From Octopus sinensis (lineage: Eukaryota), in contig NW_021834689.1 of NCBI RefSeq assembly GCF_006345805.1, positions 1 to 44,559 on the forward strand: a DNA stretch of 44,559 nt, written 5' to 3'. Made by a program: the position numbers and the translations under genes. Within the stretch, counting starts at the first letter, position 1. Each line of letters starts with the position of its first letter. Positions 12,601 through 24,149 of the stretch are shown here, piece after piece. Below the pieces are notes generated by a model, which saw only the letters and a list, made by a program, of their open reading frames with translations, did not search any database and was not told the origin of the DNA.

Positions 12601-13083
12601 CCATTTCACTTCACTTCATTCCCATGCTTCTTTCTTTCCCTGGTGGGTGGGTGGGTAAACCCCTCTCTAATGCTAACTGCTGCTCTTCACCACGATGACG
12701 AGGGACAATACTGGTTAACTGTTGTTCCTGGAAAATTCATTAAGGCCTCACTCACCCATTCTCAGCCACCTACCCCTTCCTGCTCTATCCCTAAAAAAAA
12801 ATTTTTTTTTTTTTTAAATTGTTGATGTTGATGCTACAGTTGGTTGTTGTTTTGTTGTTGTAGTACAATTTTAACAGAAAGTGGTATGGACTGGTTTAGG
12901 GCAAAGACACGGCTGAAACATAGCAACGAGCAGAATTTTTCTGGTCTTTTACTTTCCTGTTAAATTATTCTCTTTTTTTTTTATTCCTTTTTCCTAATAG
13001 TTTAGGCTTCCAACCCTTTCGGGGGTGGTCTTTAACATTCCTCCTTGCATCCCTTTCAAAATAGGGTGGATATTGGTACCCTT

Positions 13084-13503
13084 AGAAAAGGCGGCAAACT
13101 GGCAGAAACGTTAAGCACGCTTAACAGTATTTCGCCTGCCGCTACGTTCTGAGTTCAAATTCCGCTGAGGTCGACTTTGCCTTTCATCCTTTCAGGGTCG
13201 ATTAAATAAGTACCAGTTACACACTGGGGTCGATATAATCAACTTAATCCATTTGTCTGTCCTTGTTTGTCCTTGTTTGTCCCCTCTATGTTTAGCCCCT
13301 TGTGGGCAATAAAGAACTAAGAAATGTTAGCGCACCGGGCAAAATGCTGCTACATTCTGTGTTCAAATTCCGCTGAGGTCGACTTTGCCTTTCATCCTTT
13401 CAGGGTCAATTAAATAAGTACCAGTTACACATTGGGGTCGATATAATTGACTTAATCCGTTTGTCCTCTCTGTGTTTAGCCCCTTGTGGGTAGTAAAGAA
13501 ATA
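13084..13503 (+). mobile_element. SINE family B tandem dimer with 16-bp TSD
   Basis: GGATATTGGTACCCTT at 13068-13083 and 13504-13519 flanks two head-to-tail B units. Confidence 0.85.
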
Positions 13504-13609
13504 GGATATTGGTACCCTTCTTTTTTAACTTAAGCATTTTTAACTCTCCAGCGTCCGGATGGCTCTGTCAACTGTTATGCTTTATTTATTCACGTCATTT
13601 TTAACCAAT

Positions 13610-13925
13610 CATGAATCATCTCATAGTATTCAGATTTCAATGATGTGATTGTTTATTTTTAGAATGACATTGTAGGGTAGGTGTAAGAGGCCGGATCCGG
13701 CTAGTTTGAACATAGAACTTGTAGGATATCTTGGCTGGATGCAGTGGTTTTAAACACTAAAATTTTATATCAGACCCTACCTTAGCTTTGAGATTTCAAT
13801 GATGTGATTGTTTATTTTTAGAATGACATTGTAGGGTGGGTGTAAGAGGCCGGATCTGGGCAGTTTGGACATAAAGCAGATAGAATATTTGATCCAGATA
13901 TGGCTGTTATTTCTATCAGGATGAG
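13610..13925. mobile_element. Tandem internal sub-units of a MITE (related family ends read TTAACCCTT, piggyBac-like)
   Basis: Two copies of GATTTCAATGATGTGATTG-TTTATTTTTAGAATGACATTGTAGGGT-GGTGT-AGAGGC-GGATC. Confidence 0.6.
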
Positions 13926-14059
13926 TGATTACATAGAAACCCTCTTCCAGTATAAGGGAGTCATGTGTATTGTAGGGGCCAGGACCTTCAGGTTTGATGT
14001 GTTTTGTCTCATTGGGGATACAAGTCTAAACATCTTTACTGTTGTTGTTGTTGTTGTTG

Positions 14060-15590
14060 TTGGCAGAATTGTTAGCGTCAGGTGCAATGCCATGCGATGT
14101 GCGCTCCAGCTCCTTAATGTTCTGAGTTCAAGCCCTACCGAGGTCAGCTTTGCCTTTGATTCCTCCTTGGTTGATTGAATAAAGTGCCAGTGAAATAGTC
14201 TCAGATCGATTTAACCGACTAGCCCTTGACCCCTCTGCTGCTCCCCCTCCCCCTGCTGCCCCTACATTTCTGGCCTTGTGCCTATACAAGAAACTGTTAT
14301 TAAGGGCTGTCAATTGGTAGGGTCACTGGACTGTCAGAACAAAAAAAAAAATAAATAAGTGAATACCTTTTGGTATTTGTTTTAGCCCTTTTCGTTCTGA
14401 GTTCAATTATTGTTGAGGCCAGCTTTGCCTTTCTATTCCTTTGGGGCCATTCGCTGAAGTTAATGTAATCAACATGCCCCTCCCCTCAAAATTGTTAACC
14501 CTGTGCCTGAAGTACAAACAAGTGTTATACTTGGTGAGATGTGTTTGAGCATCGGAAAAATGCTTTGCAACATTTCTTTTGGCCCTCTGTGTTCTGAGTT
14601 CAAATCCTGCTGTGGTCGACTTTGCCTTTCATCCTTTCGGGGTCGATAAATTAAAGTACTTATCAAGTATTGGAGATGTCATTGACCTGCTCTCATCCCC
14701 TAAGTCAAAATTCCAGGCCTTGTGCTAAAATTAGAATTTTTTCGCAGTAGGTTAAAGAGGCTAGTTGGCTGAATCATTAGAGTGCCAGAAAAAAAAGCTT
14801 TGTGACTCGTGTCGTGAGTTCAAATCTTACCAAGGTCAGCTTTGCCTTTCATCTTTTTGAGGTCAATAAAGTTAAGTACCAGTACTTTAAATACTCGTAC
14901 TTTGCTAGAACTAGAGTCAGTTGGTATTAAGCTACCCCACCATACACACACACACACATATACACATTAGAAAGAATTATTTTACTAGCAGAATCAGAAG
15001 AGCGTTGGAAGAAATACTTTGTGCCATGATATTCATGTCCGTTCATCACGTTCTGCGCTCAAACCCTTCCAGCATCAACTTCGTCTCTCGTCCCTTCAAA
15101 GTTGATAAAATAAAGTACCTACAAAGTACTAGGGTGAATGGTATCGACTTAACCCCCGCTCTTTTCTAAATTGTTGGCTTTCTGGCAAAATTAAAAAGAA
15201 TTCTTGGCTGTAGGTCATCAGAATCATGAAAGCATTGTTACCTGATTACAGGTGTGTTATCCCATTATTTTTTATGTTTTGTCATTTAATTGTTTCAGAC
15301 ATCAGACTGCGGCCATTCTGGGGCACTGCCATGAAAAGTTTTTTTTAGTTGAATGTATCTACCCCAGTATATAGTTTTTTGAGGGGTTTTTTTTTAGATT
15401 GTTTTTAAAGCCTGGGACCTATTCTTTGTTCAGACTTTACATTCTGAGTTCAAATGCTGCCAGGGTTGACTTTGCCCTTCATTCTTTCAGGGTCGATAAA
15501 ATAAAATACCAGTCACGCATTGGAGTCAATGTAATTGACTAACCCACATCCCCTCCGAAATTTGCTGGTTTGTGCCAAATCCTGAAGTCA
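14060..15590 (+). mobile_element. Run of at least five old, diverged family B copies
   Basis: Repeated TTCTGAGTTCAAAT...GAC/AGCTTTGCCTTTCAT cores near 14120, 14395, 14590, 14820, 15050, 15440. Confidence 0.7.
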
Positions 15591-15594
15591 CTAA

Positions 15595-15638
<44 letters not shown>

Positions 15639-15669
15639 TGATGCTGATGATGATGATAATGAGCTTATT

Positions 15670-15920
15670 GTATACAGGGCTCAGATGCACTACAAATCAT
15701 CAGAAAAAAGAGCCCAAAGTGCATGAAGAGTAGACAGAAATAAGGCACAGAAAGGGGACAGTGAAGGAGTTGTTGTTGGGAGTGGACATCCGATGTCTTG
15801 GCGAATTTCAGGAACCATGGAAGGTTAGAAGGGTGAAGTGTCTTGACAGCTGACTACTAATGTGGGTAGTTTGTTCCATGCTTCAGCGATTCTGAGCATG
15901 AAAAAAACATTTCTGGAAAA
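15670..15920 (-). mobile_element. CR1/L2-type LINE ORF2 3' remnant
   Basis: Minus-strand translation FFMLRIAEAWNKLPTLVVSCQDTSPF matches the FF..R....WN.LP..VV C-terminal motif of CR1/L2 reverse transcriptase ORFs. Confidence 0.7.
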
Positions 15921-16899
15921 AAAAAAAGAGGGTGTTTGGGATGTAATTTAATGAGAGGGTTCTTATATAAAATGATAACGATCAGTTTTTAATTTAAATA
16001 GCTATGCAAATATGAGCTCTGAAATTTAAATTAAGAGGTATCACTTCCATAGAAGTGAGAAGTAGTCTTAGAAATATCGGTATAAAAAGGGTTAAATAAA
16101 AAAAAATGATCTACTTGAAGCTCGTTATTGAAATTATTCTTGTTATTGGTAATTATCATCATTGTTAGTTGAACTAATAAAGGAGGTGAGCTGGTGGAAT
16201 CCTTAATGAGATGGAGTCGACAAAATTGCTTCCAGCTCTCTACATTCCAGGTTCCAATTCCACCCCGGCTGACTTGGCTTTTCATCCTTTCAGGGGTCGA
16301 TAAAGCAAGTTCTAGTTAACTGGGAAAGGGGGGTAGGTTGATGTAATTAACTTACCCCACCACCCTCAAAATTACAGGCCTTGTTTCAAAATATGAAACC
16401 ATTATTAGTTGACACCCTCTATGTTCTAAATTCAAATCCTAATGAGGTTAACTTAACGAGTTACCTTGATGACTTTGTGCCTATATGAGTTATTCGTTTG
16501 TTGTTGTTTTTGTTGTTAGTTTTTGTTAATTAATTAGTGCAGTGGATGGAAATAACAGTACAGGGGTGAGTAAAGTGTATTACAGTATTACAGTATTAAG
16601 TAACGATCCTCTAGGTTCTGAGTTCAAATCTTGCAAGATTCAAATTTATTTTTACTTTCATCCTTGCTAAGTCAATGCAATGAATACCAGTCAGGTACCA
16701 GATTCAATTAGTAGCCTTAAGCTTATGTTAAAGCTGATAATACTAATAACTAACAATGTGTTCAAAACCCACCATCCGATTTGAATATTCACTTGGTCAC
16801 TAGGGCATGAACACCACAGCTTCCCATGACTTTACTTCTTCCAGTTATGACTAAAATCTCGTGCCTTAAGTGACTGATGTTTTGAATCCCTTAAATTGT

Positions 16900-17370
16900 G
16901 TAACCCCTTAGCATTCAAACTACAATGTGTTTGTTTATTTTTAGAATGACAGTGTAGGGTAGGTGTGAGAGGTTGGATCTAGCTAGTTTGAAGAAGAAGC
17001 AAGTAGAAATAGGTAGAATACTTGGGCCGAATATGGTTGGTTTAAATTTTGAAGAGTTAAATTATACCTTGCCATAGCTTCAAGTTTTCAATGATGTGAC
17101 TGTTTATTTTTAGAATGACATTGTAGGGTAGGTGTGAGAGGCTGGATCTGGCCAGTTTGGACATAAAGCAGATAGAATATTTGATCCAGATATGGCTGTT
17201 ATTTCTATCAGAATGAGTCATTTTAAACACTAAAGTTTTATATCAGACCCTACCATAGCTTCGAGATTTCAATGATGTGATTGTTTATTTTTAGAATGAC
17301 CGTGTAGGATTGGTGTGAGAGGCCAGATCCAGCCAGCTATGGTTGGTTTAAATGCAGAAGGATTAAATAG
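16900..17370. mobile_element. Tandem internal sub-units of the same MITE as 13610-13925 (about four copies)
   Basis: Begins AACCCCTTAGCATTCAAAC; repeated TTTATTTTTAGAATGAC--TGTAGGGTAGGTGTGAGAGG. Confidence 0.6.
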
Positions 17371-18065
17371 AATAGAATAGTAACACAGCAGGAATTAAAT
17401 AACAGAATTTACAAAGCTTGCCTCAGCCCCTCCAGATTTGGAGCAAGGGGAGTTAAGAGTTTATCATTAGTTTGTTACCTATCCCTGTGTATTGAGCTTC
17501 CTCTTCCCAACCATCCTTCATATATTCTGTGATGATACGTTAAACCAAATATTACTGGTAGGAGACTTTTTATCGAAACTCGTAGTGATGTTTACTTTAA
17601 ATTCCTTGCCTCTGAGCAAAGATTTTTGCCTTCGTTTTTTTCATCTTTAAGTTTGTTTGTTGCCGTTATTATTGTTATGTTGTTGTTGTTGTTGAGTTTT
17701 CAAATTCTGCCGAGGTGTACTCTGCCTGTCATCCTTCCAGGAGGTGGGGGAAGAGTCGATAAAACAAGTACCAGTCAAGCACTGGGGTCTCATTGTAATC
17801 AACTTACACCGCACCTCTCCCGAAATTGCTGGACTTGTGCCTATAGCGGAAACGATTATTGTTACTGCTGTGTTTCAAATCCTGCCGAGGTCAACTTGGC
17901 CTGTCATCTCTTCAGGAGAGGGAGGGGGAGTCGATGAATAAAGTACCAGTGACATACTGGGATCAATGTAACCGACTGGTCACCACTTCCAAAATTTCAG
18001 GCGTTATACCTATAGTAGTCAGAATTATTATTATCGTTATTATTATTATTATTATTATTATTATT

Positions 18066-18437
18066 GCCTTTGCACAACTTCTAATGCTGGAGATGTACTA
18101 CAGCGTCAGCTGTTCACTACCAGTGAACTAAGGTAACACCCCTTATTTTTCGAGTACCATCCGGAGTATTCGAGAGTTTCCAAGCAGTGCTGTTTTCTGC
18201 AAGTGGTCCACATACTTCTCAAGATTTTCGCTCACTGTTTCCAGGGCTCTGACAATTAATGTTACTACTGCTACCTTTTTCATTGACCACCACTGCTTTA
18301 ACTTCCCAAGCTAACCTCTCATATCTCTCGACTTTTCTTCCTTCCTTATCGCATACCTTGTTGTCAGCTGGGCATGCTATATCTATGATCCATAAGAGTT
18401 TGTTTTCTTTATCAATTAAGACTATGTCTGGCTTCCA
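18066..18437 (-). mobile_element. 5'-truncated R4/Dong-type non-LTR retrotransposon, family 2 (RLE domain remnant)
   Basis: Minus-strand translation KPDIVLIDKENKLLWIIDIACPADNKVCDKEGRKVERYERLAWEVK...; stop at 18143-18145; (TAA)n on both sides; homologous to 31043-31414. Confidence 0.85.
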
Positions 18438-18469
18438 TAATTATTATTATTATTATTATTAATTATTAT

Positions 18470-18683
18470 TCAGCAGCCTTATTCTTATCACGTGCTTTCA
18501 CTGCACTACCGAGCGCAGCTCTGTGTGCCTGGGGTATGTGCTGTAGTTTGTGGTGGTGCTCTCATTTTCACTATATTGAAAGTGTTTTACGCAGGATGTG
18601 TGCAGTACCTGGTAGTGTTATTTTCTGTATGTTATAAATACTAGTAAGTCCTGTGGTTTTTGTTATGTACTTGTCTGAATATT
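18470..18683 (-). mobile_element. 5'-truncated R4/Dong-type element, family 1 (3' end only)
   Basis: Aligns by eye to 41085-41300 (CGTGCTTTCACT-CACTACC-GAG-GCAGCTCTGTGTGCC...TGTCTGAATATTT); (TAA)n flanks. Confidence 0.8.
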
Positions 18684-19925
18684 TATTATTATTATTATTA
18701 TATCATTATTATTATTGTTATTATTGTTGTTGTTTTTAAACGGCTACCCACCCCCCAGCTCCTTTCGCTGTCCATACCATCACAACCCAAGTGGGTCTGC
18801 CAATTCACTCAGACATTTGGCCGAGATTAAGGGATCAGTTTAAGGGATTTCTAATTGTGAGTACCCTTTACCACCAGTATAGGGATTTGCGGAGGGATCA
18901 TTCCACTGTTCAGTCTAGATTATTATTATTCTACCATGGTTGACTTCCCCGTTCTTTCTTTCGGAACCAATAAAATCATTTTTGAGTCAAACACTGTGGT
19001 CGATGTGATTGACTTGCCCCTCCCCTCAAAAGTGCTAACCTTCATTCAAAATTAGAAGGAATTGTCATTATTATCTTCGTTATTATTGTTGTTGTTGTTG
19101 TTTTTTTTTTTTTTTTTGTTTTTATTAAGGTGGCAAGCTGGCAGAATTGTTAGAACGCCAAGCCGTATTTCATCTGCCGTTACGTTCTGAGTTCAAATTC
19201 TGCCAAGGTCGACATTGCCTTTCATCCTTTCGAGGTCAATAAATTAAGTACCAGTTATGCACTGGGGTCAGTGTCATCAACTTGTCCTTTCCCCTCAAAA
19301 TTTCAGGCCCTGTGCCTATAGTAGAAAGGATTATTACTATTATTATTATTATTATCATTATCATTGTTATTATTATTGTTGTTGTTGTTGTTCTCATTGC
19401 TATTGTTTCTTGACAGTCTCTTCCACCACCATCACCACCACCACAATAACAACAACAATCTTTTTCCCAGCTCTATTGAAAGAAAAAAAAAAACCATTAT
19501 TCCTTCATGAAAGAGATTGCTAATTATTTTAAGGCATTTCTTTCCCTTTTTTTCATTTGGGGCTGGATGTCCCCATCTTTAAAAACTGCTACTGTCACCC
19601 CACAGAATTAGGGGCCATTTCTTTTTTTTTTTTTTTGTGCGTGTATGTTTGGAGATATTTTTCTTGTATTTATCCGCCAGCTTTGTGCAATTTGTGGGAG
19701 GCACGATACCTTAGTGGTCAGGATGTTGGGACACATGGTCATAAGGTCATGGTTTCGATTCTTTCACCGGGCATTGCATTGTGTTCTTGAGCAACACTCT
19801 TCACTCCACATTGTTTCAGTTTGTTCACCTGGCAAAATTAGGTATACACTTCTATATTCAAGTGATGAGGAATTCGGTACATTATTTACATTCGACGGAT
19901 ATTTGTCCTCATTTTGTTTGTTGTT

Positions 19926-19971
19926 AACACAACATTTCAGCTGATATACTCTCCAGCCTTCATCAGGTGTC
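19926..19971 (-). ncRNA. Minimal type I hammerhead ribozyme motif (Penelope-associated type), left copy
   Basis: Minus strand GACAC-CUGAUGA-A-GGCUG-gagaguauau-CAGCU-GAAA-UG-UU-GUGUU. Confidence 0.65.
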
Positions 19972-20139
19972 TTGGGGAAATTTCGAACCTGGGTTCTCAT
20001 TTCCAAGGTATTTTTCGATGTTGTTATTATTATCGTTATTATTCAGGTCACTGCCTGGAATCGAACTCAGAATCTTGGGGTTAGTAGCCCGCATTTTTAA
20101 CAACTACGTGCCATATGTGTGTGCATATATATATATAAG

Positions 20140-20185
<46 letters not shown>

Positions 20186-20960
20186 CATACATACATACAT
20201 ATATAATATATATAAATATATAATTAAAAATGAGGTGTCTAAAAGACACCAACATGCCGAAATAGCAGTCGAAACTCTGAATCTAAAACCACGTAAATGT
20301 TCATATCGCACCATGAGGTAAAGGGAGGACAAAACATACAAGCAAAAATTATTGAATAATTCAAGATCCAAGGATTTCTGGTTCTGCTTTAGATAAGCTT
20401 TACCGTCATCAATTGAATATATCAAGGGTACATAAATACAGATACAGATATGTACCCTTGATATATTCAATTGATGACGGTAAAGCTTATCTAAAGCAGA
20501 ACCAGAAATCCTTGGATCTTGAATTATTCAATAATTTTTGCTTGTATGTTTTGTCCCTCCGCTTTACCTCATGGTGCGATATGAACATTTAACGTGGTTT
20601 TATAGTCAGAGTTTCAACTGCTATTTCGGCATGTTGGTGTCTTTTAGACACCCTCATTTTTAATTGTTAAAAATTTTCTTACCTTTGTAAAGTATTTCTT
20701 TCATGCTGGCCACTTGATAATTTCGACACTTAAATATCGATATTATCCTCATATATAAATTTATATAATTATATATATATATATATATATACATACATAC
20801 ACATATATGCCTGTGGCATATGGTATTGTGGTTAAGAGTGTGGGCTACTAACCCTAAGATTCCGAGTTCGATTCCAAGCAGTGACCTGAATAATAACAAT
20901 AATAATAAAAACATCGAAAAATACCTTGGAAATGAGAACCCAGGTTCGAAATTTCCCCAA

Positions 20961-21006
20961 GACACCTGATGAAGGCTGGAGGGTATATCAGCTGAAATGT
21001 TGTGTT
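20961..21006 (+). ncRNA. Minimal type I hammerhead ribozyme motif (Penelope-associated type), right copy
   Basis: Stem I GACAC/GUGUU, core CUGAUGA (20966-20972), stem II GGCUG/CAGCU, GAAA (20994-20997), near-palindromic stem III AUGU, cleavage triplet GUU ending at 21001. Confidence 0.65.
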
Positions 21007-22467
21007 AACAACAAACAAAATGAGGACAAATATCCGTCGAATGTAAATAATGTAAAATTAGGTATACTTGTGACGAACTGGCATCATTTCTGACGGGGAG
21101 GGGAGTATACACGCTAGGGACTCCAGGAAACCAGCCCTTTGAGCCTTAAGACTCACAAAGGAGCTAAGTATTATTTAGCAACATTGTGCTCCCTCTATTT
21201 CAGTAGGGCACAGTATTAAAATTGGGCCTCAGTTAAACCCCGCACTGTAAACTAACGCAACGCTTTACTGTGCTTGTTAGGGCTTCCACTTATGAGGCCC
21301 CTGTTTGCAACTGGTTTGATCCAGTTTTTTCAGGGCCAACCATCTTGCTTTCGGAGATGGGTCACTGGTCACTCACTACAAGGCCTCTGCTTGGACGGGT
21401 GTCTCACACTTTGGCGTTGTCCAGCCATACTTTCTCAACCAACAGTGATATTATAGCATCACCATGCTTCCATACACACATATGCATACACACACACACC
21501 TGTGAGTGTGTGCATGTGTGTGATTAAATATATATATGTGTGTGTGTTTGTGTGTACATGTGTATATACATATATATATATATTTATATATAAACATTAT
21601 ATATATATGTATGTATATATATATGTATGTATATATATATATACACACATATATATATACATTATATATATACACACACACAATATATAAGTATATGTAT
21701 GCATATATATATATATATATATACACACACATACATAACTACATACATATATATGCCTCTATACAAACATAATATATATTTGTACACATACATACATACA
21801 TGCATACATATATATATATATATATATATATAAGTTTCAGCTTACGAGCTGTGGCCATGCTGGGGCACCGCCATTATATATATATATATAATTTATGCAG
21901 ACAATTATTAACGTCAGACACTTCATTGTTGTCTCCCTTGCTAAATATTTATGAGTGTCTCACTTTCTTCCTCTCTTCTCTCTCTCTCTCTCTCTTTCCC
22001 TCTCTTTCTCATCATCACCTCCACCACCGCCACCATCTCATCTTCGCCTCCCCCATATCCCACCAGCATTTCAAAAAAAAAATAATAAATAAATAAATAA
22101 ATAAACAGGACTCAAGAAGAAGAAAAAAAAAAACAATCCTACCCACCCACCCCATTCACCCGTGTTTGTCTGCAAATCAATCACAAAAACAACATTAAAA
22201 TAATAAATTTCAAAATATGGAAAAAAAAAGAAAAAAACAGAACTAAAATGTTATATTTTTGACAAAGGTCTTTATAATCATCCCCCTTTTCTTCACTTAA
22301 AACATTCATGTCCGCTCCCTCCCCGACCCCCACCTGAAAAAAAATAAACAAAAAACAATAGCCCCCCCCTTCCTCACTCCCCACCCCCCAAAAAAAATCA
22401 AACAAAAAAACCAAACAAAAAAATTCCAAGAAGAAAGGCAAAATTACCATTATAACTATTATTATTA

Positions 22468-22500
<33 letters not shown>

Positions 22501-22747
22501 TCATAATAATTATTGGACTTATTGCCAATATATATAAAAAAAAAAAATCATTGTTATTTTTTTTTCTATTCTCTTTCGATGATGCAGTTATTTTTTTGTA
22601 CACCTGACAATAAATAGTGTTGATGTTGCTATCGTTGTTGTTGACAATTTGATGCTGTTGAATTATAATGCTATTATTATCATTATTTATTGTTATCAAA
22701 TGGAAATTGTAGTTGTGATACCTGTACCGGTGGCACATAAAAAGCAC

Positions 22748-23046
22748 CATCACAACGCATATGTGCGCGACATGGTGATCTCATATCAAGATACACAGCG
22801 CATGACCTTGCAGGTGGGGCCCAGTTAGAATTTTCTTCAGGCTAAGTAACCCATCCCACTGAAAAGGTCCTTGAATAAGGATTATTTAAGGATGTTGAAC
22901 GAACCACCCATGTTTCCAAAAGTGAATTATCCAAACCCCAAATAATCCCTCTCAACACATGGCTATGATACTCCCCCACTACTTCTGCTCGTGATCAGAG
23001 ATGCACATATCGTCAGCCACTAAGGGACATGCTTAACTGGTTAATG

Positions 23047-23048
<2 letters not shown>
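22748..23048 (+). mobile_element. Repeat family F copy
   Basis: Reverse complement of 23126-23324 and of 30125-30440 (strand label arbitrary). Confidence 0.8.
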
Positions 23049-23077
<29 letters not shown>

Positions 23078-23125
23078 AATTATTATTATTATTATTATTA
23101 TAATTATTATTATTATTATTATTAT

Positions 23126-23324
23126 GGAAACATGGGTGATTCGTTCAACATCCTTAAACAATCCTTATTCAAAGACCTTTTGAGTGGGATGGGCTACTTG
23201 ACCAGAAGAAAATTCTAACTGGGTCCCACTTGCAAGGTCATGTGCTGTTTATCTTGATATGAGATCACCATGTCGCGCACATATGGTTGTGATGCATGTG
23301 CCTGGTGTACCCTTATCAGACGGA
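23126..23324 (-). mobile_element. Repeat family F copy, inverted relative to 22748-23048
   Basis: GGAAACATGGGTG-TTCGTTCAACATCCTTAAACAATC...GATATGAGATCACCATGTC...GGTTGTGATGC. Confidence 0.8.
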
Positions 23325-23345
23325 TCATTATTATTATTATTATTA

Positions 23346-23430
23346 TTCTATGTTTGACTTTTGCTTTACATTTGTACAAGTTGGCTCCAAGTCGCACCCA
23401 GAGACCTCAAGAGACAACAAGTTGGAAGTT
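23346..23430 (-). mobile_element. Short repeat in (TAA)n, probable 3' end of a third Dong-like family
   Basis: Near-identical to 40862-40947 (TTCTATGTTTGACTTTTGCTTTACATTTGTACAAG...GAGACCTCAAGAGACAACAAGTTGGAAGTT); both copies sit in TAA tracts. Confidence 0.5.
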
Positions 23431-24056
23431 ATTTATTTATTTATTAGTATTATTATTATTATTATTATGAAGGCAGTGAGCTGGCAGAATCGTTAGCATG
23501 CCAAGCAAAATACTTAGCGGTATTTCTGTCCGTCAATGATGATAATGATGATGGTGGTTCTGAGTTCAAACACTGCCTAGGTCGACTTTACCTTTCATCC
23601 TTTCAGGGCCGATGAAATGAGTATCAAGTAAGTACTGAGGCCAATGTATAGAGGCCAGACACTTTCCTCTGCAAGCCAGTCCATCCTCATCTTTTTCAGG
23701 TTCCGCTCAGAAAGGAAAGTGAGAGCGGAGAAGCAGGTTGGTGTTGAATGGTATGAGAAAGGCCCAACAAAAGGGTCCTATTCAAAGCTTGCACCCCTAA
23801 GCTGGAATTCACGGAGAAGAGAGGAGCACTTACCATGGGGTACTTGGTGAGTAGGGTGACCTGGGATCTGTGGGGTTCGTTGACCACCCCTGGGTGCTGC
23901 TCACTGCTAATGGGGTATTTCATTGTTTTTAATTTTATTGTTAATTGTTATGGTTTTATCATTTATGGGTTTTTTTTAACCCCTACTGTCCCTTGTTTTC
24001 GTATTGTCCTTTTGTTTGGTGTGCTGCCCTTGCGGTCAATAAAGAAAGAATTAAGA

Positions 24057-24090
<34 letters not shown>

Positions 24091-24149
24091 GACAAATAAT
24101 GTGAGTTCATGGCTGTTTCCTGCACCAATTTCGCTTAACCCCAGCCCAT

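Larger units (their letters stand above)
19848..21053. mobile_element. 1.2-kb foldback element: two outward-facing tRNA-headed, hammerhead-bearing units around a central palindrome; 14-bp TSD
   Basis: AAAATTAGGTATAC at 19834-19847 and 21054-21067; inverted repeats 19878-20115 vs 20809-21054 and 20222-20434 vs 20449-20665. Confidence 0.85.
19697..21165 (+). mobile_element. Host tRNA-derived SINE split by the foldback insertion (19697-19847 and 21068-21165)
   Basis: Head GGAGGCACGATACCTTAGTGGTCAGG...GGTTTCGATTC, then TGTGTTCTTGAGCAA; continues after the second TSD copy with TGTGACGAACTGGCATC. Confidence 0.6.

Noticed and set aside
11855-12825. Long poly-L/F/S and poly-K/R/E ORFs, and similar ones at 32959-33507
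   Set aside because: Frames of the (CTT)n and (CT)n tracts; no splice context or complexity
20809-20885. tRNA-like sequences here and at 1731, 19697, 34869, 43058 considered as tRNA genes
   Set aside because: A and B boxes are present but acceptor stems are not closed and each runs into a repeat body; they are SINE heads
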